The notes under the pieces were generated by a model. That model worked only from the letters and a program-made list of their open reading frames with translations. It was not told the origin of the DNA and did no database searches. From NCBI GenBank assembly GCA_951406725.2, contig OX597821.1, forward strand, positions 25,296,001 to 25,360,000: a stretch of DNA of 64,000 nucleotides, written 5' to 3'. Within the stretch, counting starts at the first letter, position 1. Each line of letters begins with the position of its first letter. This DNA is from Octopus vulgaris (Eukaryota). Shown here in pieces: positions 29,235 to 42,898 of the stretch. The position numbers and the translations under genes are program-made.

Positions 29235-29680
29235 TGAATCTCTCCTCGGCTAGGTAAAAAAGGCCCTCTTTGGTTGTTTTCTTGTGTGTTTTTATTTCTT
29301 GTATTGTATTTTTTGTAATTGTATTTTTATTTTGTATTTTATTTTGTATTTTATTTTGTATTTTATTTTGTAATTTTATTTATATCGTTTTTACGTCCTG
29401 TTTGTGTCACATTTTGATCTTTCCTTGTTTTTACCCCTCTGCGAAGTAATTTCCTTTAATTTCTTCGCAGGAAGGGCTAGTTCGACGAGGCGTGTTCTGT
29501 CCTCACCTTCGAAACACGCTGGAGTTGAACTAGGGACAGGTGATGAAGGGGATTTTTCCTTGTGTAGTTTGTCTAGTACTCTGTTTTTTCTTTGTAAAAA
29601 AAGGTTCGTTCCATGCTTATTTTTACGTTTTCGTTCTCGTTGAGTTCTGCGTATATTTGTGGTGTCCTGTACTCACGTAT
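29235..29680 (+). repeat. T-rich Penelope-terminal-repeat-like family P3 (related copies about 31915-32110 minus, 41010-41475 plus)
   Basis: Shared TTTACCCCTCTGCGAA...TTCGCAGGAAGG...CCTTCGAAAC...TGA.GAAGG...GTCCTGTAC motifs. Confidence 0.6.
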
Positions 29681-29761
29681 ATATATTTATATATGCATGT
29701 ATATATACATGTAGATCTAGGTACGTACATATATGTATGTATGCATATATTTTATTTATTA

Positions 29762-29796
<35 letters not shown>

Positions 29797-29799
<3 letters not shown>

Positions 29800-30010
29800 C
29801 GGGAAGGTTTACGAAAATAAACAAAAGACGAAGGCAGGTGGAGTACAAACAAACAATGTTTAGTATGGCGCTCAGGAATAGAAATAAAACAAGTCTTTTA
29901 CGTTTCGAGCCTACGCTCTTCGACAGAAAGATACACAGAAAAGAAACAAGGAGAGAAACAAGGAGAGAAAAAAATTGCGTGTAGGGGCTAACGATCCAAC
30001 ATGGATCCAA
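29797..30010 (-). mobile_element. Family P2 short element with hammerhead-like motif (29894-29931, core CUGUCGA)
   Basis: UCUUU-CUGUCGA-A-GAGC-GUAG-GCUC-GAAAC-GUA-AAAGA; abuts (TA)n. Confidence 0.7.
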
Positions 30011-30098
30011 CATATATGTATATGCCAGAATGAATTTGTGAAAATAAAAGAATTTATAATATTTGAAAAGGTAAGTTCTTGAAATAGTTTCAACATAC

Positions 30099-30200
30099 CT
30101 TCTGTAGGTAAAGCGTTAAGTAATTCTAGAAGTATATTTTGCAGGTGATTTTCAGTTACACACCGGATCGTATTAGTTATCTCCTGTACGTACAAGTCTT
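30099..30200 (-). other. Candidate exon (best supported)
   Basis: Branch-like CTAAT plus TTCTCGTTCTGTAG acceptor, GAAG|GTATGT donor, 102 nt, phase 1-1, open DLYVQEITNTIRCVTENHLQNILLELLNALPTE. Confidence 0.5.
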
Positions 30201-30260
30201 CTACAGAACGAGAATTAGTTGAATAAACAGTAATCTAATATACATACATACATACATACA

Positions 30261-30292
<32 letters not shown>

Positions 30293-30613
30293 AATATACA
30301 TACATACAATACATACATACATACATACATACAAACATACATACATACATACATACAAACATACATACATACATACATACAAACATGCATGCATACATAC
30401 ATACATACATACATACATACATACATGCATACATACATACATACATACATACATACATACATACATACATACATACATACATACATACATACATACATAC
30501 ATACTTGTATACATACATACACTTGCCCAGAAGCGACACAGAGGGAGCGAACCATGAATGTATATGCACAGGCGTGTGTTTGTGTGTTGTGTGTACATGC
30601 GTATATATGTGTA

Positions 30614-30675
<62 letters not shown>

Positions 30676-30837
30676 GGAGAGAGAGAGGAGGGAGAGAGAG
30701 AGAGAGTATATATATATTTATAATGCTACTACTGGCACAGTGTAAGGCGATGACGGGTGGGGATACTGTAGGATAGAGAAATAGGATATAGCAGAGTGCA
30801 CTGAAGATGGAAATAGGAGAGAGACAGAGACAGGCTG

Positions 30838-30880
<43 letters not shown>

Positions 30881-31775
30881 GGAGGGAGACAGCAGCCGAC
30901 GTTGACAACAGACTTGTTTCTACGTGACATTGCAGTGATGTAGAGGGCGTTGCAGACACGATAATACAGACAATGGCTAACTTCCGTTTCTAAATCCTTG
31001 CTCATAAATGATAGCTATTATTTAAGGGAAGACGGGTGGAGTAAACAGTTTCATAATAATAATAAAACCCTAGCTGTCGTCAATATTTTCATATGACCCC
31101 TGTTGCTGGTATCAAGGCTGCTGTTTCTGGCCCCTGAACTTGGTAATATTTTATTTTATTCCCCAGTCCTAACTTCATCACTACCACTATTACGACGTTA
31201 TAGTAACCGCATTCTGATGATCGTCACACAGAAGGGTGAGGTCGGAGGGTCAGAGGTGATAGATGGCAGGCGTGGCGAGTGGGGAGAGGGGCATTGGAAA
31301 CACCATAAATACGGATGTACTTAATTGCATATGCATATACACACGCATGTATGTATGTATGTACGTATGTATGTATGTATGTATGTATGTATGTATGTAT
31401 GTATGTATGTATGTATGTATGTATGTATGTATGTATGTATGTTTGTATGTATGTATGTATGTATGTATGTGTGTATGTATGTATGATTGCATGTATGCAT
31501 GTATGTATGTATGCATGTTTGTATGTATGTATGTATGTATGTTTGTATGTATGTATGTATGTATGTATGTATTTATGTATGTATGTTTGTATGTGTGTAT
31601 GTATGTATGTATGTTAAGTATGTATATAGGTATGTATGTATGCATGTATGTATGCATGCATGCATGTATGTATGTATGTATGTTGGTAATATGTAAACTT
31701 AGATAAACCCAAATATGTTTCAACGAAAACTGACTAAAGTCATTTCTAAATAGCACCATGTATATGTGCGCGCGC

Positions 31776-31850
<75 letters not shown>

Positions 31851-32677
31851 TTTATACATATATGTAGATACCTACATCTATATATATATATATATATATA
31901 TACGTGCATATATGGGTACAGCACACCAAAAAATAAACGTCGAACACAATGAGAAACGAAAGCATAAAAACAAAAACATGGAAACGAACTTTTTTTCAAA
32001 CAACGAAAAAACAGCTTACAAGACATACAACACGAGGAACATTCACCTTCTGCAGTTGTCTCTGTTTCGTCTACTCCGCGTTTCGAAGGTGAAACGTTGC
32101 ACTGTAAAAGATTATTTGTTTCACACACGATATTGAGATTATATGGATTTTATCACATTTCTAGGTAGTCTGACATCAGGGAGATATCACTGACCCACAA
32201 CACATTTTCTTTTGAAAACACAAGGATTGCATGTAGGGTTCAAACTCGATCACTTTTCGTGAACGCAGTAATGCTCGCGAACGCATCTTTATGAAAAGCA
32301 TAATGCATGGTCAAAGCGTTGACCCATTGGGTATAAATGGCACCCAAAACTTACCAGCCTGTCATTCGTTTCCCGAACGCAGCAAGCATGCCTCGACTGA
32401 CACGAAATCAGTGGGAGATTTTAGGTAAAATTATACTAATGTGTCCATCTGTTTTAATTTAATTAAATTCTATGTCTTTATGCAGCTGAGGATTGTTCTA
32501 CATTTAAACTGATGTAATGATTGCATTGTTGAATTAAATGGAGTTGTTTGAAACAATCGTACTACATTACCTCTGGATATCCTTGTTGCTTATTTTGATT
32601 TCAATCACCTCATTTTGAAATTGTATGGATAATATCGTACTAAATTCTGGTGCCTCAACTTAAGTACCATATTCATC

Positions 32678-32736
<59 letters not shown>

Positions 32737-32807
32737 ATGTATGTATGTATGTATGTATGTATGTATGTATGTATGTATGTATGTATACACACACACACAC
32801 AAACATA

Positions 32808-33671
32808 CAGGGTGCGACGGATTAATTGTCGCCATTTTATATTTCTAATTTCACGCATGCGCATTGTTTATTTTTGATTTTGACGACAACACAGTATTGT
32901 AGGGTCAGTTGGATGCCGTCTGTGAGAAAAACAGCACCATGACGCAATTCACTCAGCCAGAAATTTGGAAACTATTTGGCATTCGTGCCAGAAGATCCAA
33001 TACAAACATATGGTGAACACACAGAACATCCATTGGTTTTTCGTGTCCCCAAAATATGTACCAAGAGTGATAAAAATCAAACATCATGTTGTTTGGAGTG
33101 ATCGCTAATAATGGTGACGTTATGCCTCTATTCATCTTCCCACATGACCTCAGACTCAACACGGAGGCCTACATCAAATGCCTGAAGGAGGAAGGGCTGC
33201 CTTGGGTCAAGAGGGTGGCTGCTGGAAGACCCTATGTCTGACAACAGGACTCTGCAACATGCCACGCAAGCAGGAGAACCCAGTCATGGCTGTCAGATAA
33301 TTTCTGCGTCCACATCACCCCTAACATCTGGCCACTTAACTTGCCAGATTGCAACCCCCTTGATTATTATGTGTAGGGTGCAGCTGATCGAGAGACCATC
33401 AAAACTCCTTGTAACACCAAAGATGAACTGAAGGCAAGGATTATGGCAACATTTATCAACTTAAACAAAGAGATCGTCCAGAAGAGTTGCGGGAGATTCC
33501 GAAGTCGTCTGGAGGTCGTGGTTGAAGCCAATGGCGATTTTATTGAATAAATTTACTCTTTAATATTTCAAGATATCTTAAAGTAATTCTGGTAAATATA
33601 TCTGGTAAAATGAGATGTCGGTGTTATTTTAGTTTTTGCGTAATTTAAATGACTGTCTTCCTCGCATCCTG
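32808..33671 (+). mobile_element. maT / DD37D transposon, internally deleted pseudogene
   Basis: TA-CAGGGTGCGACGG 5' TIR and degenerate 3' TIR; QQD-(37 aa)-NPLDYYV motif with stops; ends EANGDFIE*. Confidence 0.9.
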
Positions 33672-33797
33672 TTGGTATGTAAGTATGTATGTATGTATGT
33701 ATGTATGTATGTATGTATGTATGTATGTATGTATGTATGTATGTATGTATGTATGCATGTATGTATGTATGTAAATATATATATATATATATATATA

Positions 33798-33992
33798 GAA
33801 CCACCCCCAAAAAAAAAGAACAGACACAAAAAACAACAACGCGTGGACGTGGTACATGTAAAGTATTAGCAGACGCTCAGGGAAGGAAAGAAAGATGGCT
33901 TAACGTTTCGAGCAAAGCTCTTCTTCAGAAACAGAGGAAAGTTCAATAGAAAGGAAGACAGGAAGAAAATCGCCAACGATTCACATACGTTA
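33798..33992 (-). mobile_element. Family P1 short element
   Basis: Similar to the 7754 copy; abuts (TA)n. Confidence 0.7.
33898..33932 (-). ncRNA. Minimal hammerhead motif, canonical core
   Basis: GUUU-CUGAAGA-A-GAGC-UUU-GCUC-GAAAC-GUU-AAGC. Confidence 0.7.
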
Positions 33993-36900
33993 CGCGTCTG
34001 TGTGTGTGTGTGCGCGCGTGTGTGTGTGCGCGCGCGCGCGTGTGTGTGTGCGCGCTCACGCGTCTGTGTGTGTGCGCGCTCACGCGTCTGTGTGTGTGCA
34101 CATGCTTACATATATACATATACATTATTCATGCACACACATATCTAAATATGTTTGTGTGTATACGTGTTAGTGAATGTGTATGAATAATGTATATGTA
34201 TTTATGTAAGCATGAATACACTCACAAATGCGCGCACGCGCACGCATACACACACACACACACGCGCGCATACACACACACAAACGCACGCACACACAAA
34301 CACTGTTTATAACTGGGTGAGAAAATTACGCGTAAGCGAAGTCCGTCCGTTTGAGAATTATTGTTCCCTATTAAATGTAGTCCTGCCCTTTTTTCTCCAG
34401 TGGAGCGGTGATAAGGGAAGGAAGACAGGAAACGATCAATCTCCATTATTTCTTTTTAACCTCTTTTTATTCAAGAGAAAGTCACGCGTATCATTAGACC
34501 TTCTAACCCTTTTCACTTCAATCTTGGCCTTTTAATTTTACGTTTCTATCCCGCCAGTCTACCTCGCCTTTTCTTGTCCATCGTTGTAGTAAACTGTCAA
34601 ACTGGTCTTTGACCCCCGTTCACATTCGCAACATGGCGGCTATCGCTTTTCTCTATTGACAACTTAATTTATTCTTTAGTAAGATGAGAACACGAAAGAC
34701 ACGCCTCTGTATTTGTATTTATTATAAGAAGCAAGACGGCTGTAATTGCAAAAGCCTGCTTAACCGCATGTTTTGTATAATAGTTTCAGAAACCTGGTGA
34801 AAAATCAGAACTCGGAATCAAAACACGAAATAAATTGTTCCACATGATAGATTTGGTAAATCTGACTAATTAAGTAAAAGACCCTTACTATAATTTCTAT
34901 AGAAAGGCATTCTAGAGGTGGTGAACTGGTAGAGTCGTTAAAGTGTTCGATGGAACGCCTCGTGGCTTTTGTTTCGACTCTCTGCACCTCGAGATCGAAT
35001 CCCACCTAGGTCAACTTTGACTTTCATCTTTTCGAGTATGACAGTAAATTGCATCCGGTAGTCGAGCTCTGGTTCGGGAGTTCTAGGGTTTTCAGGAGTA
35101 TAGAACCACCTCTTAACAATTATTGTTTCCTTTTGTACTCTGACTCGCACCTATCTGAGTCCCAGCTACGGATTAAATAGCGTATACCCACCCGAGCCCG
35201 GGTACGTTAAAATCATGAGATGCAGTATGATGAGTGTGAACTATTTCGACAAATGAATAATATTGAATCAATGATGAATATCACAAAAGGGAGAATGGAT
35301 GAAGAAATTGTCAACGGACAGGATCATGCAGTTCAGTTAGTGAACTACAGCGATCAGCTGTAGTCGTGACGTGCGCAGATGAAATATTTCTGCTAGCAAG
35401 AGGCCAATGTGACTAAAACCCAAGCCAGACGTCCAGGCGGCATCGATCGATCGAGACATCTGGCGTGGAAGAGTCGCATTGATCTTGGCAGGTCTCCCAA
35501 CCGGGAAACGACGACATCGCAGTACCTATCCAGGTCGGTAGGCTGGTGGAAATGTTAGAGGGGCCGAGTAGGAATTCTTGCGATATCTGTTCTAGCTATT
35601 TGCATTCTAAACAACGCCTACGACGACACTGATACCAAGCTATATTAGTCCAAGTCGTTGGCCTTTCGTTTGGATAAACATCGGTATAATGGAGAGAGAA
35701 GAAACTTGCTTACTTGAGCAACTGGTATTTGTTTGCAAGTTTTGTGTGCAAGTCATGCACGGGCGTCTACTTCTTGCATATATGAGTAACTTCCTCTAAA
35801 AATCCTGACCAGTCCTGAATATACAAGTGCAGGTGCATAATTAGAGTTGATCGACAAAGACCCCCTACTTGGAAAAGCATTCTATTCTTTATATGCAAAT
35901 GATATGACAAAACTATGAATTTACGATGTCCTAACCTACTTTTAATCACATCTACGTATCGAACTGACACAATAGCGATAATAAGGAAATACTGTCGTGT
36001 TGGCGAAGATTGTGTCTTAGGTTTTATTTGTACTAAAAACAAAGAAGGGTCCCTCTTCATAGTCACTCGATCTGGTAGGACTAACAGTCGTCTCTTCTCG
36101 AAAACGCTGCCACTTGAAATAAAGAAAGGAAATTTGGCGTCTGTGGCCAAGGTTCCATTCTTAACTCTCAAAATAGCCCAGTCAACATAGCTTCAAGTAG
36201 GTCAATCATGTAAGTATCAGTAACACTGAGCCATTTCGGAGTATTTCATTGATTTACAGCGCTGAGATCGATTTCCCTCGCACAGCGACCGATCAGCCTC
36301 CTTTCTTAAACTGAGCACATGTGACTTGCACCTAACTCACATCACAGCAGAACCCTGAGATAAGCAATCGCCCCGCGGATTGTTGTAATTTATAAAAAAA
36401 AACAGTCGCTGAATACAGTTGAGGTAGCGGGTACTATACAACGTCATAGTACCCAATTGCTGTAAGCTTCATTGGGATATTTGAGAGTTAATCGTTTTTT
36501 TTTTTGTAAGTTATCCAGAAGCTATGCAGGGTCCATGTTTCAGCCCCTCCCAGACAGTAAAACTGAAACGGCTTATATTAAGCCTGTACTGCGGGCCGAT
36601 GTCTGGAAGGAAAACGTAGATAGGGAGAAAGGGGGTTCTATAGTTAATGTTTGTAACAAAGTGAACCCCTTGTCCTTGAGTTCTTTGGGCACACAAGGTC
36701 AAGGAGAAAGAGTTAAACAGGGCAGCGTGTAAGGCCTACAACAGTACAAAAGATACTCAATGATCAGTTAGTGGTGTTCAACTTGGTGATGTGCTAGACT
36801 AGGAATGGGTAACCTTTTTCGAGAAGTGGGCTGCATGGGACATGATTCCTCATCAGGTGAGCTGCAATACTAAAAAGATCCAAGGTAATTTTTCGTTAGG

Positions 36901-38101
36901 AATGCCATTCAGAAAATTCCTTAGACCGTAGTTTTCACATGACTGTGCTAGACCCTACCACCCTAACAAAGAAATCCAAGACACAGGTGATGCTGCTTGT
37001 TGTTTTTTGTCGTTGTTGTTGTTGTGGTTGTTACAGTCGCGGTTGTGGTTTAACCCCAACTCAACTCTGACTAAGAAGACTTCTGATCAAAGGCAAGTCG
37101 TGACCATCCATTTGTGTGTGTGTGTGTGTACAAGGATCCTAGGGTTATATTATCCAGCATGTGGTTTTGAACGAGTCATAAGATGATTCGAGGGCAGTTG
37201 TTACTAGCAAGCTGAAGGACTGCATCAAGTAGGAATAGGTAACCTTTATCGAGAAGCAGGAGGATGAAACACGACTCATCATCAGGAGAACCACAAAACC
37301 AAAAAATATCCGAAATGCCCCGCGAGCTGCAGATTGCCAATGACTGACATAGCACATCCTTCGGCAAGGTGTGTAAGACCTTGAAACCTGTAAAGGACCC
37401 TCGAATGTCTCTAGCATAGGAAAACGAACCCTTACCTGTTTGGTCAGTAATCCGACACAGTGTCGCGTCAGCCAGCAATTTGCAGTGATAGCCGTGTAAA
37501 TGAAACAATTGAATTTTTACGAAGATATATTTATGTCAGAGATTGATTGCTGTCGTAATATAAAAGTTCCAGTTTTCAGGAATGTTATTCTTTCTCGATT
37601 TGACAACAGCCGTCTGACTGGCTGACATTCCATCACTAATAAGACAGCGGAAGATGTTTCCGGGTGTTGTACGACCCGAAAGCAAGTAACAGAACTGTCA
37701 AACCATCCTCGACTTGTTAGTCAAGCAAATAAATGTTTGGACAACAGTTGAAGCAACATCTCTAGTGTTTTCAGCAGACGATAAACTAAGTCAAGAACAA
37801 TAGATGCTTTCTCAGTCTTATGTGAACAACCCAACTGAAATCTCAAACGAAATTTGATATCATCCTAATACATTGTTAAACAGAGAAACCTTTAAAAGAC
37901 TATGTTATTATTCTACTAGAAACAAACCTCGTTTTTAAACTTTTGTAAATTATTTACAACAATCACACCAGAAAAAAATAAAGAAAGGAAAAAAGAAAAA
38001 GGAGTTAGATTTGCCCTAATTTACAACCGTTCATAGCGAAGTTAGTGACACCTCGTCAGCTGGTAACCTACTAAATCCATAAAACTCTCACATACATCAT
38101 T

Positions 38102-38115
38102 AGTTGCCTGGCAAC
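38102..38115. promoter_or_regulatory. RFX X-box-like palindrome GTTGCCTGGCAAC
   Basis: Close match to the X-box consensus in unique sequence about 0.7 kb upstream of the minus-strand donor at 37436. Confidence 0.3.
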
Positions 38116-38447
38116 GTTCATACCTTCACGCAGTACTAAACGGAAGGACTATATTCGAACTTTTTGACCCTTCCGCTTGTATATGCGTGCACGCATATAT
38201 GTAAGAATGTATGTATATATGTGCGTCATGGTTTTAAAAAAACACATATACACACATTTCTATATACATGCATATATATATATATACGTAGGGATGGTGA
38301 GCTGTATGGATGGGTAGCAGGATAGATGAGTGAATTTCTTTGTGCGTGTTTTTGATCAATTATTTCTTTACGTAAACATGCACACACACACACATTGTTT
38401 ATTCTGTTATACATACGACGACCTATATATATATATATATATATATA

Positions 38448-38662
38448 AAAGTTAATACAAACATGAAAACGCAAAGAGAAAACACAGCAACGCGAGGACG
38501 TGGAACAAGTATAGTATTATTGGACGCTCGGGAAAGAAGGAAAGAAGGAGGGTTTAACGTTTCGAGCGGAGCTCTTCGTTAGAAACATAGGAAAAGGAAA
38601 GATCCAAAGAAGGGAAGAGGGAGGAAAAACATCGCCAACGGTACACACGCGGTAACATTTTG
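38448..38662 (-). mobile_element. Family P1 short element, HHR core mutated (CUAACGA, 38552-38586)
   Basis: High identity to the 7754 copy; between (TA)n tracts. Confidence 0.75.
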
Positions 38663-38737
38663 AATGACCGGAAATATATATATATATATATAAATGAAAG
38701 AATGGAGTCGAACGAAGATGTTAACAAAATTCCTTTA

Positions 38738-38929
<192 letters not shown>

Positions 38930-39379
38930 ACATATACATACATAAATTGCATACATGGTGACTGTCAACTCGTAGACGAGTATGATCATCTCTGACAGCC
39001 GTAGTGAAATTTGAGGACAATAACAACTTCCACAACACCACTAAGACTTTCAGCTACAAAGCCCAGTAGTCCAGAAACAAACAAAAGCAAGAACTCCAGT
39101 GTTCTTTCACCCTCAGCTGATAGATGGTCATTGACTCTACTGAGCTTGTCCGCCAATTGATTGGCTTTGTTTTTTATCCAGCAGAGTACCCAACGAAAAT
39201 CTGGTAGGTTTGCCGGTTTATTCGTCGACGGCCTGATCATGCAACCGGTTGTACTGGGTTACATGTTACCTGTAACACTAAGGCCTCAAATACACACACG
39301 CGCGCACACACATGCACACACACATACACACACATATGTATGTATGCAAATCTGCATATACATACATACATATATATAT

Positions 39380-39503
39380 ATCACGTAATCACGTAACCGA
39401 CCAGACCATCAGATGTTGTTACACATCGCTGGTCATAATGCGTTCGCATTGTTTTAGCCTTCGAATGACGCCACCCCGCTGGCTAAGCGAGCAGGCCAAT
39501 ATA
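39380..39503 (-). mobile_element. 3' tail of SINE family 5
   Basis: Matches 42610-42722. Confidence 0.85.
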
Positions 39504-39993
39504 CACTTGCGTCGGAAATTAATTAGCACTTCTCATTTCTACATTTTCTTACATTTTCTTAATTTAATTAACTTATTATCAATTTAGTCAATATCTTGTT
39601 GCTCCTCCTTTGGCAGCAATGACAGCTGCTACGCGGGTCGGCATGCTGTTTATGAGTGCCTGCAGGTACTGTGCAGGGATGGCCCCTCATGCAGTAAGAA
39701 GTGCCCCAAACAGCTCGTGTCGGTTCCTGTATTGCTGCACATTCAAATCCCTACCCAATCGACTCCAGAGGTTCTCAATAGGGTTCAGGTCAGGTGACTG
39801 GCCAGCACGTACTCCTCGCCACCAAAGAGGTATCCCGTACTATCTCAACGTACTTTGCTGCGTTGATGTTGCCTTCGACGGCATAGAGCCGCCCAACACC
39901 ACTGTAGCTGAACGCCCCTCACACCATCAGACCACCCCCACCATGTTTCATGGTGAGCAAATCAAGGGTGCTAATTAATTTCTGACGGTAGTG
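39504..39993 (-). mobile_element. Tc1-family transposon, internally deleted
   Basis: About 26-bp TIRs (CACT..CGTC.GAAATTAATTAGCAC), TA flanks; KHGGGGLMV, SPDLNPIENLW, SMPTRVAAVIAAKGGATRY*. Confidence 0.92.
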
Positions 39994-40317
39994 TATATAT
40001 ATATATATTGCTCGTTTCTTATTTCGATTTTGTCCTTCGTTCATCGTCTACAATTAGATTTAGTCACTTTCGTATGCCCACTTCTGTATCGTTTGTTATC
40101 CATGTATTCTTTGCTCTCTGCCCAATATTCTCCGCAATATTGCTTTGTCATTAATGGTGCGAAACTGAGTAATATCTGGCTGATAACTGATGGAGAATTA
40201 GGGACCTTCTGTGTATTTACAATACATTTTTTTCATTTATTAAGTAACGGAACACAACGCCATCCTGGCTTTTATACACACACAAACACACACACTCACA
40301 CACACACACACACACAG

Positions 40318-40396
<79 letters not shown>

Positions 40397-40419
40397 TATA
40401 TATATATATATATGTATGT

Positions 40420-40602
40420 ATCGTTAGCTCCTGCACGCATTTTTTTCTCTCCTTGTTTCTTTTCTGTGTCCCTTTCTGTAGAAGAGCGTAGGTTCGAAAC
40501 GTAAAAGACTTGTTTTATTTCTATTCCTGAGCGCCATACTAATACAATTGTTTGTTTGTACTCCACCTGCCTTCGTCTTTTGATTATTTTCGTAAACCTT
40601 CC

Positions 40603-40605
<3 letters not shown>
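40420..40605 (+). mobile_element. Family P2 element with hammerhead-like motif (40472-40507, core CUGUAGA)
   Basis: CUUU-CUGUAGA-A-GAGC-GUAG-GUUC-GAAAC-GUA-AAAG; between (TA)n tracts. Confidence 0.7.
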
Positions 40606-40646
<41 letters not shown>

Positions 40647-41552
40647 CATTTTTGTATTTGGTTTGCAAGATCCTTTATGTGAATTCATGTGTTGAAGCAT
40701 ATTTTATTGTGTCTGGGGAGAGTCATTCTGTTTTAGTGCCTTATTAATTTAACACACTCACTGGTCTGATTTCCACTCATTTACTTATTTATTTTTACTA
40801 AAATTTTCGTCGCAACCTTTTCGGAAGTGCTTTCTCTTTTTGTTTGCTTGTGCGCATGCGTGTGCGTCAGTGTGCGTGCGCATACTCATGCGTATGTTTG
40901 CGTGTATGTATGTATGTATGTATGTATGTATGTATGTATGTGTATGCATGTATGTGTGTGTGTATGCATGTATGTGTGAGTGTGTGTATGCATATATATC
41001 GCGACGATACTTCCGCTCTGACTGTCTTTCTGGCCTGGCCTTTCAAGGTAACTGGACGACATTCTTCCTGCTCCCCTGTCGTTCACAAAAAATTCTGCGT
41101 TTGCAATACTTTTTTCGTTCGGCGTCAACAGCCCTTCTTATCTTGTTTTTCCCTGTCCTGTCTTTTACTGTTTATATTTTTGTACTGTCGTTACTGTCCT
41201 GTTTTTTTACCATTTTTTTACAATTTTTTACCCCTCTGCGAAAAGATCTCAGAATTTTAATTGATTTGCTTTTCGCAGGAAGGAAAGTTTCTTGTCGAAG
41301 ATACGTCTCGCTTTTATCCTTCGAAACGTAGAGTAGATGAAACCATAGCGACTGAAGAAGGGGTTTTTTCTTTGTGTTAATTGTCCTGTACTCCATTTTT
41401 TGTTGTTTTTAAAAAAATGTCCAGTTCCTTTGGTTTGTGTCTATGTTTTCGTTTCTCTTTGTGTCCTGTACTCATATATGCGTGTATATGTACATGTAGG
41501 GGTAGGTACGTACATATATGTTTATATATATGCATATGTTTTATTTCATTTA

Positions 41553-41603
<51 letters not shown>

Positions 41604-41994
41604 GTGTGTATGTATGTGTGTGAGTGTGTATGACTGCACGCGCGCGTGTATGCGTGCTTGCGTGGCGTGTATGTCTCTCTGCGTGCGTGTGTGTATTATA
41701 CATATAGTTTACACTACAGAACATTTTTTTCATTAGCTATCCAACATATATCACAAAAGCGATTTTCTCACCTTCCGGCTACACGTTTCCCTCCAGCGGT
41801 GCTCAGCAGCAACGATATCACTAGTGAAAAACTGGGTTCTTTTTGCCTAGATTTCAGCATATTTTTTTCTTTTCTCTTCTTTCTATTATTTGTACAGTCG
41901 CCATAATAAACCGGTGATATTTGTAACCGTCCAAAATATGCGAAGATGTTTTGGTATTTTGGGAAAATTTGCACTTTGCTCTTTCTTAGACTCA

Positions 41995-42137
41995 GGCGTG
42001 GGCTGTATGATAAGAAGCCTGCTTCCCAACCACATGGTTTCGGATTCAGTCCCATTGCGAGGCACTTTGAGCAAGCTCCGGGCCGACCAAAGCCTCGCGA
42101 TTGGATTTGGTAGAGGGAAACTGAGAGAAACCCGTCA
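41995..42137 (+). mobile_element. Family 1 SINE, 5' half, diverged
   Basis: Head and CCGACCAAAGCC motif. Confidence 0.7.
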
Positions 42138-42151
42138 TATATGTATATATA

Positions 42152-42473
42152 TAGTTAATCCAAACATGAAAGCACAAAGTGAAAACACAACAACGCGAGG
42201 ACGTGGAACAAGTATAGTGTTATTAGACGCTCATGAAAGGAAAGAAAGAAGGAGGTATTAACGTTTCGAGCGGAGCTCTTCGTTAGAAACATAGAAAAAG
42301 GAAAGGTCTTCCCTTCCTTGGCATTTTCCTTTTCTCTATATTTCTGACGAAGAGCTCCGCTCGAAACGTTAATTCCTCCTTCTTTCTTTCCTTTCCTGAG
42401 CGTCCAATAACACTATACTTGTTCCACGTCCTCTCGTTGTTGTGTTTTCTCTTTGTTCATGTTTGGATTAACT
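42152..42473. mobile_element. Inverted pair of family P1 elements; plus arm carries a canonical HHR core CUGACGA (42340-42374)
   Basis: 42152-42310 is the reverse complement of about 42320-42473; short (TA)n at both outer ends. Confidence 0.85.
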
Positions 42474-42609
42474 ATATATATATACATACATGCATGCATA
42501 CATACATACATACATACATACATACATACATACATACATACATACATGCATGCATGCATACATATATACATACATACATACATACATACATACATACATA
42601 CATACATAC

Positions 42610-42898
42610 ATCACGTGACCGACCAGTCCATCAGATGTAGTTACACATCGCTGGTCACAATGCGTTCGCATTGTTTTAGCCTTCGAATGACGCCACCCCG
42701 CTGGCTAAGCGAGCAGGCCAATAGAAGAAAGAGTGGTGAAAGAGTACAGCAGGGATCACCACCACACTCTGCCGGAGCATCGTGGAGCTTTTAGGTGTTT
42801 TCGCTCAATAAACACTCACAACGCCCGGCCTGGGAATCGAAACCGCGATCCTACGACCGCGAGTCCGCTGCCCTAACCACTGGGCCATTGCGCCTCTA
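42610..42898 (-). mobile_element. SINE family 5 (family 3 head with a different tail)
   Basis: Head and body match family 3 up to CTCTTTCACCAC, then a distinct tail. Confidence 0.88.

Noticed and set aside
30027-30076. Plus-strand micro-exon ending AAG|GTAAGT
   Set aside because: No polypyrimidine acceptor; the adjacent minus-strand exon is better supported
34628-34645. AACATGGCGGC as a gene start or YY1 site
   Set aside because: Frame stops after 8 codons; a motif alone is insufficient
36805-36860. Minus-strand CTGATGA...GAAA as a hammerhead (also 37285, 45915, 53040)
   Set aside because: Stems I and II cannot be formed
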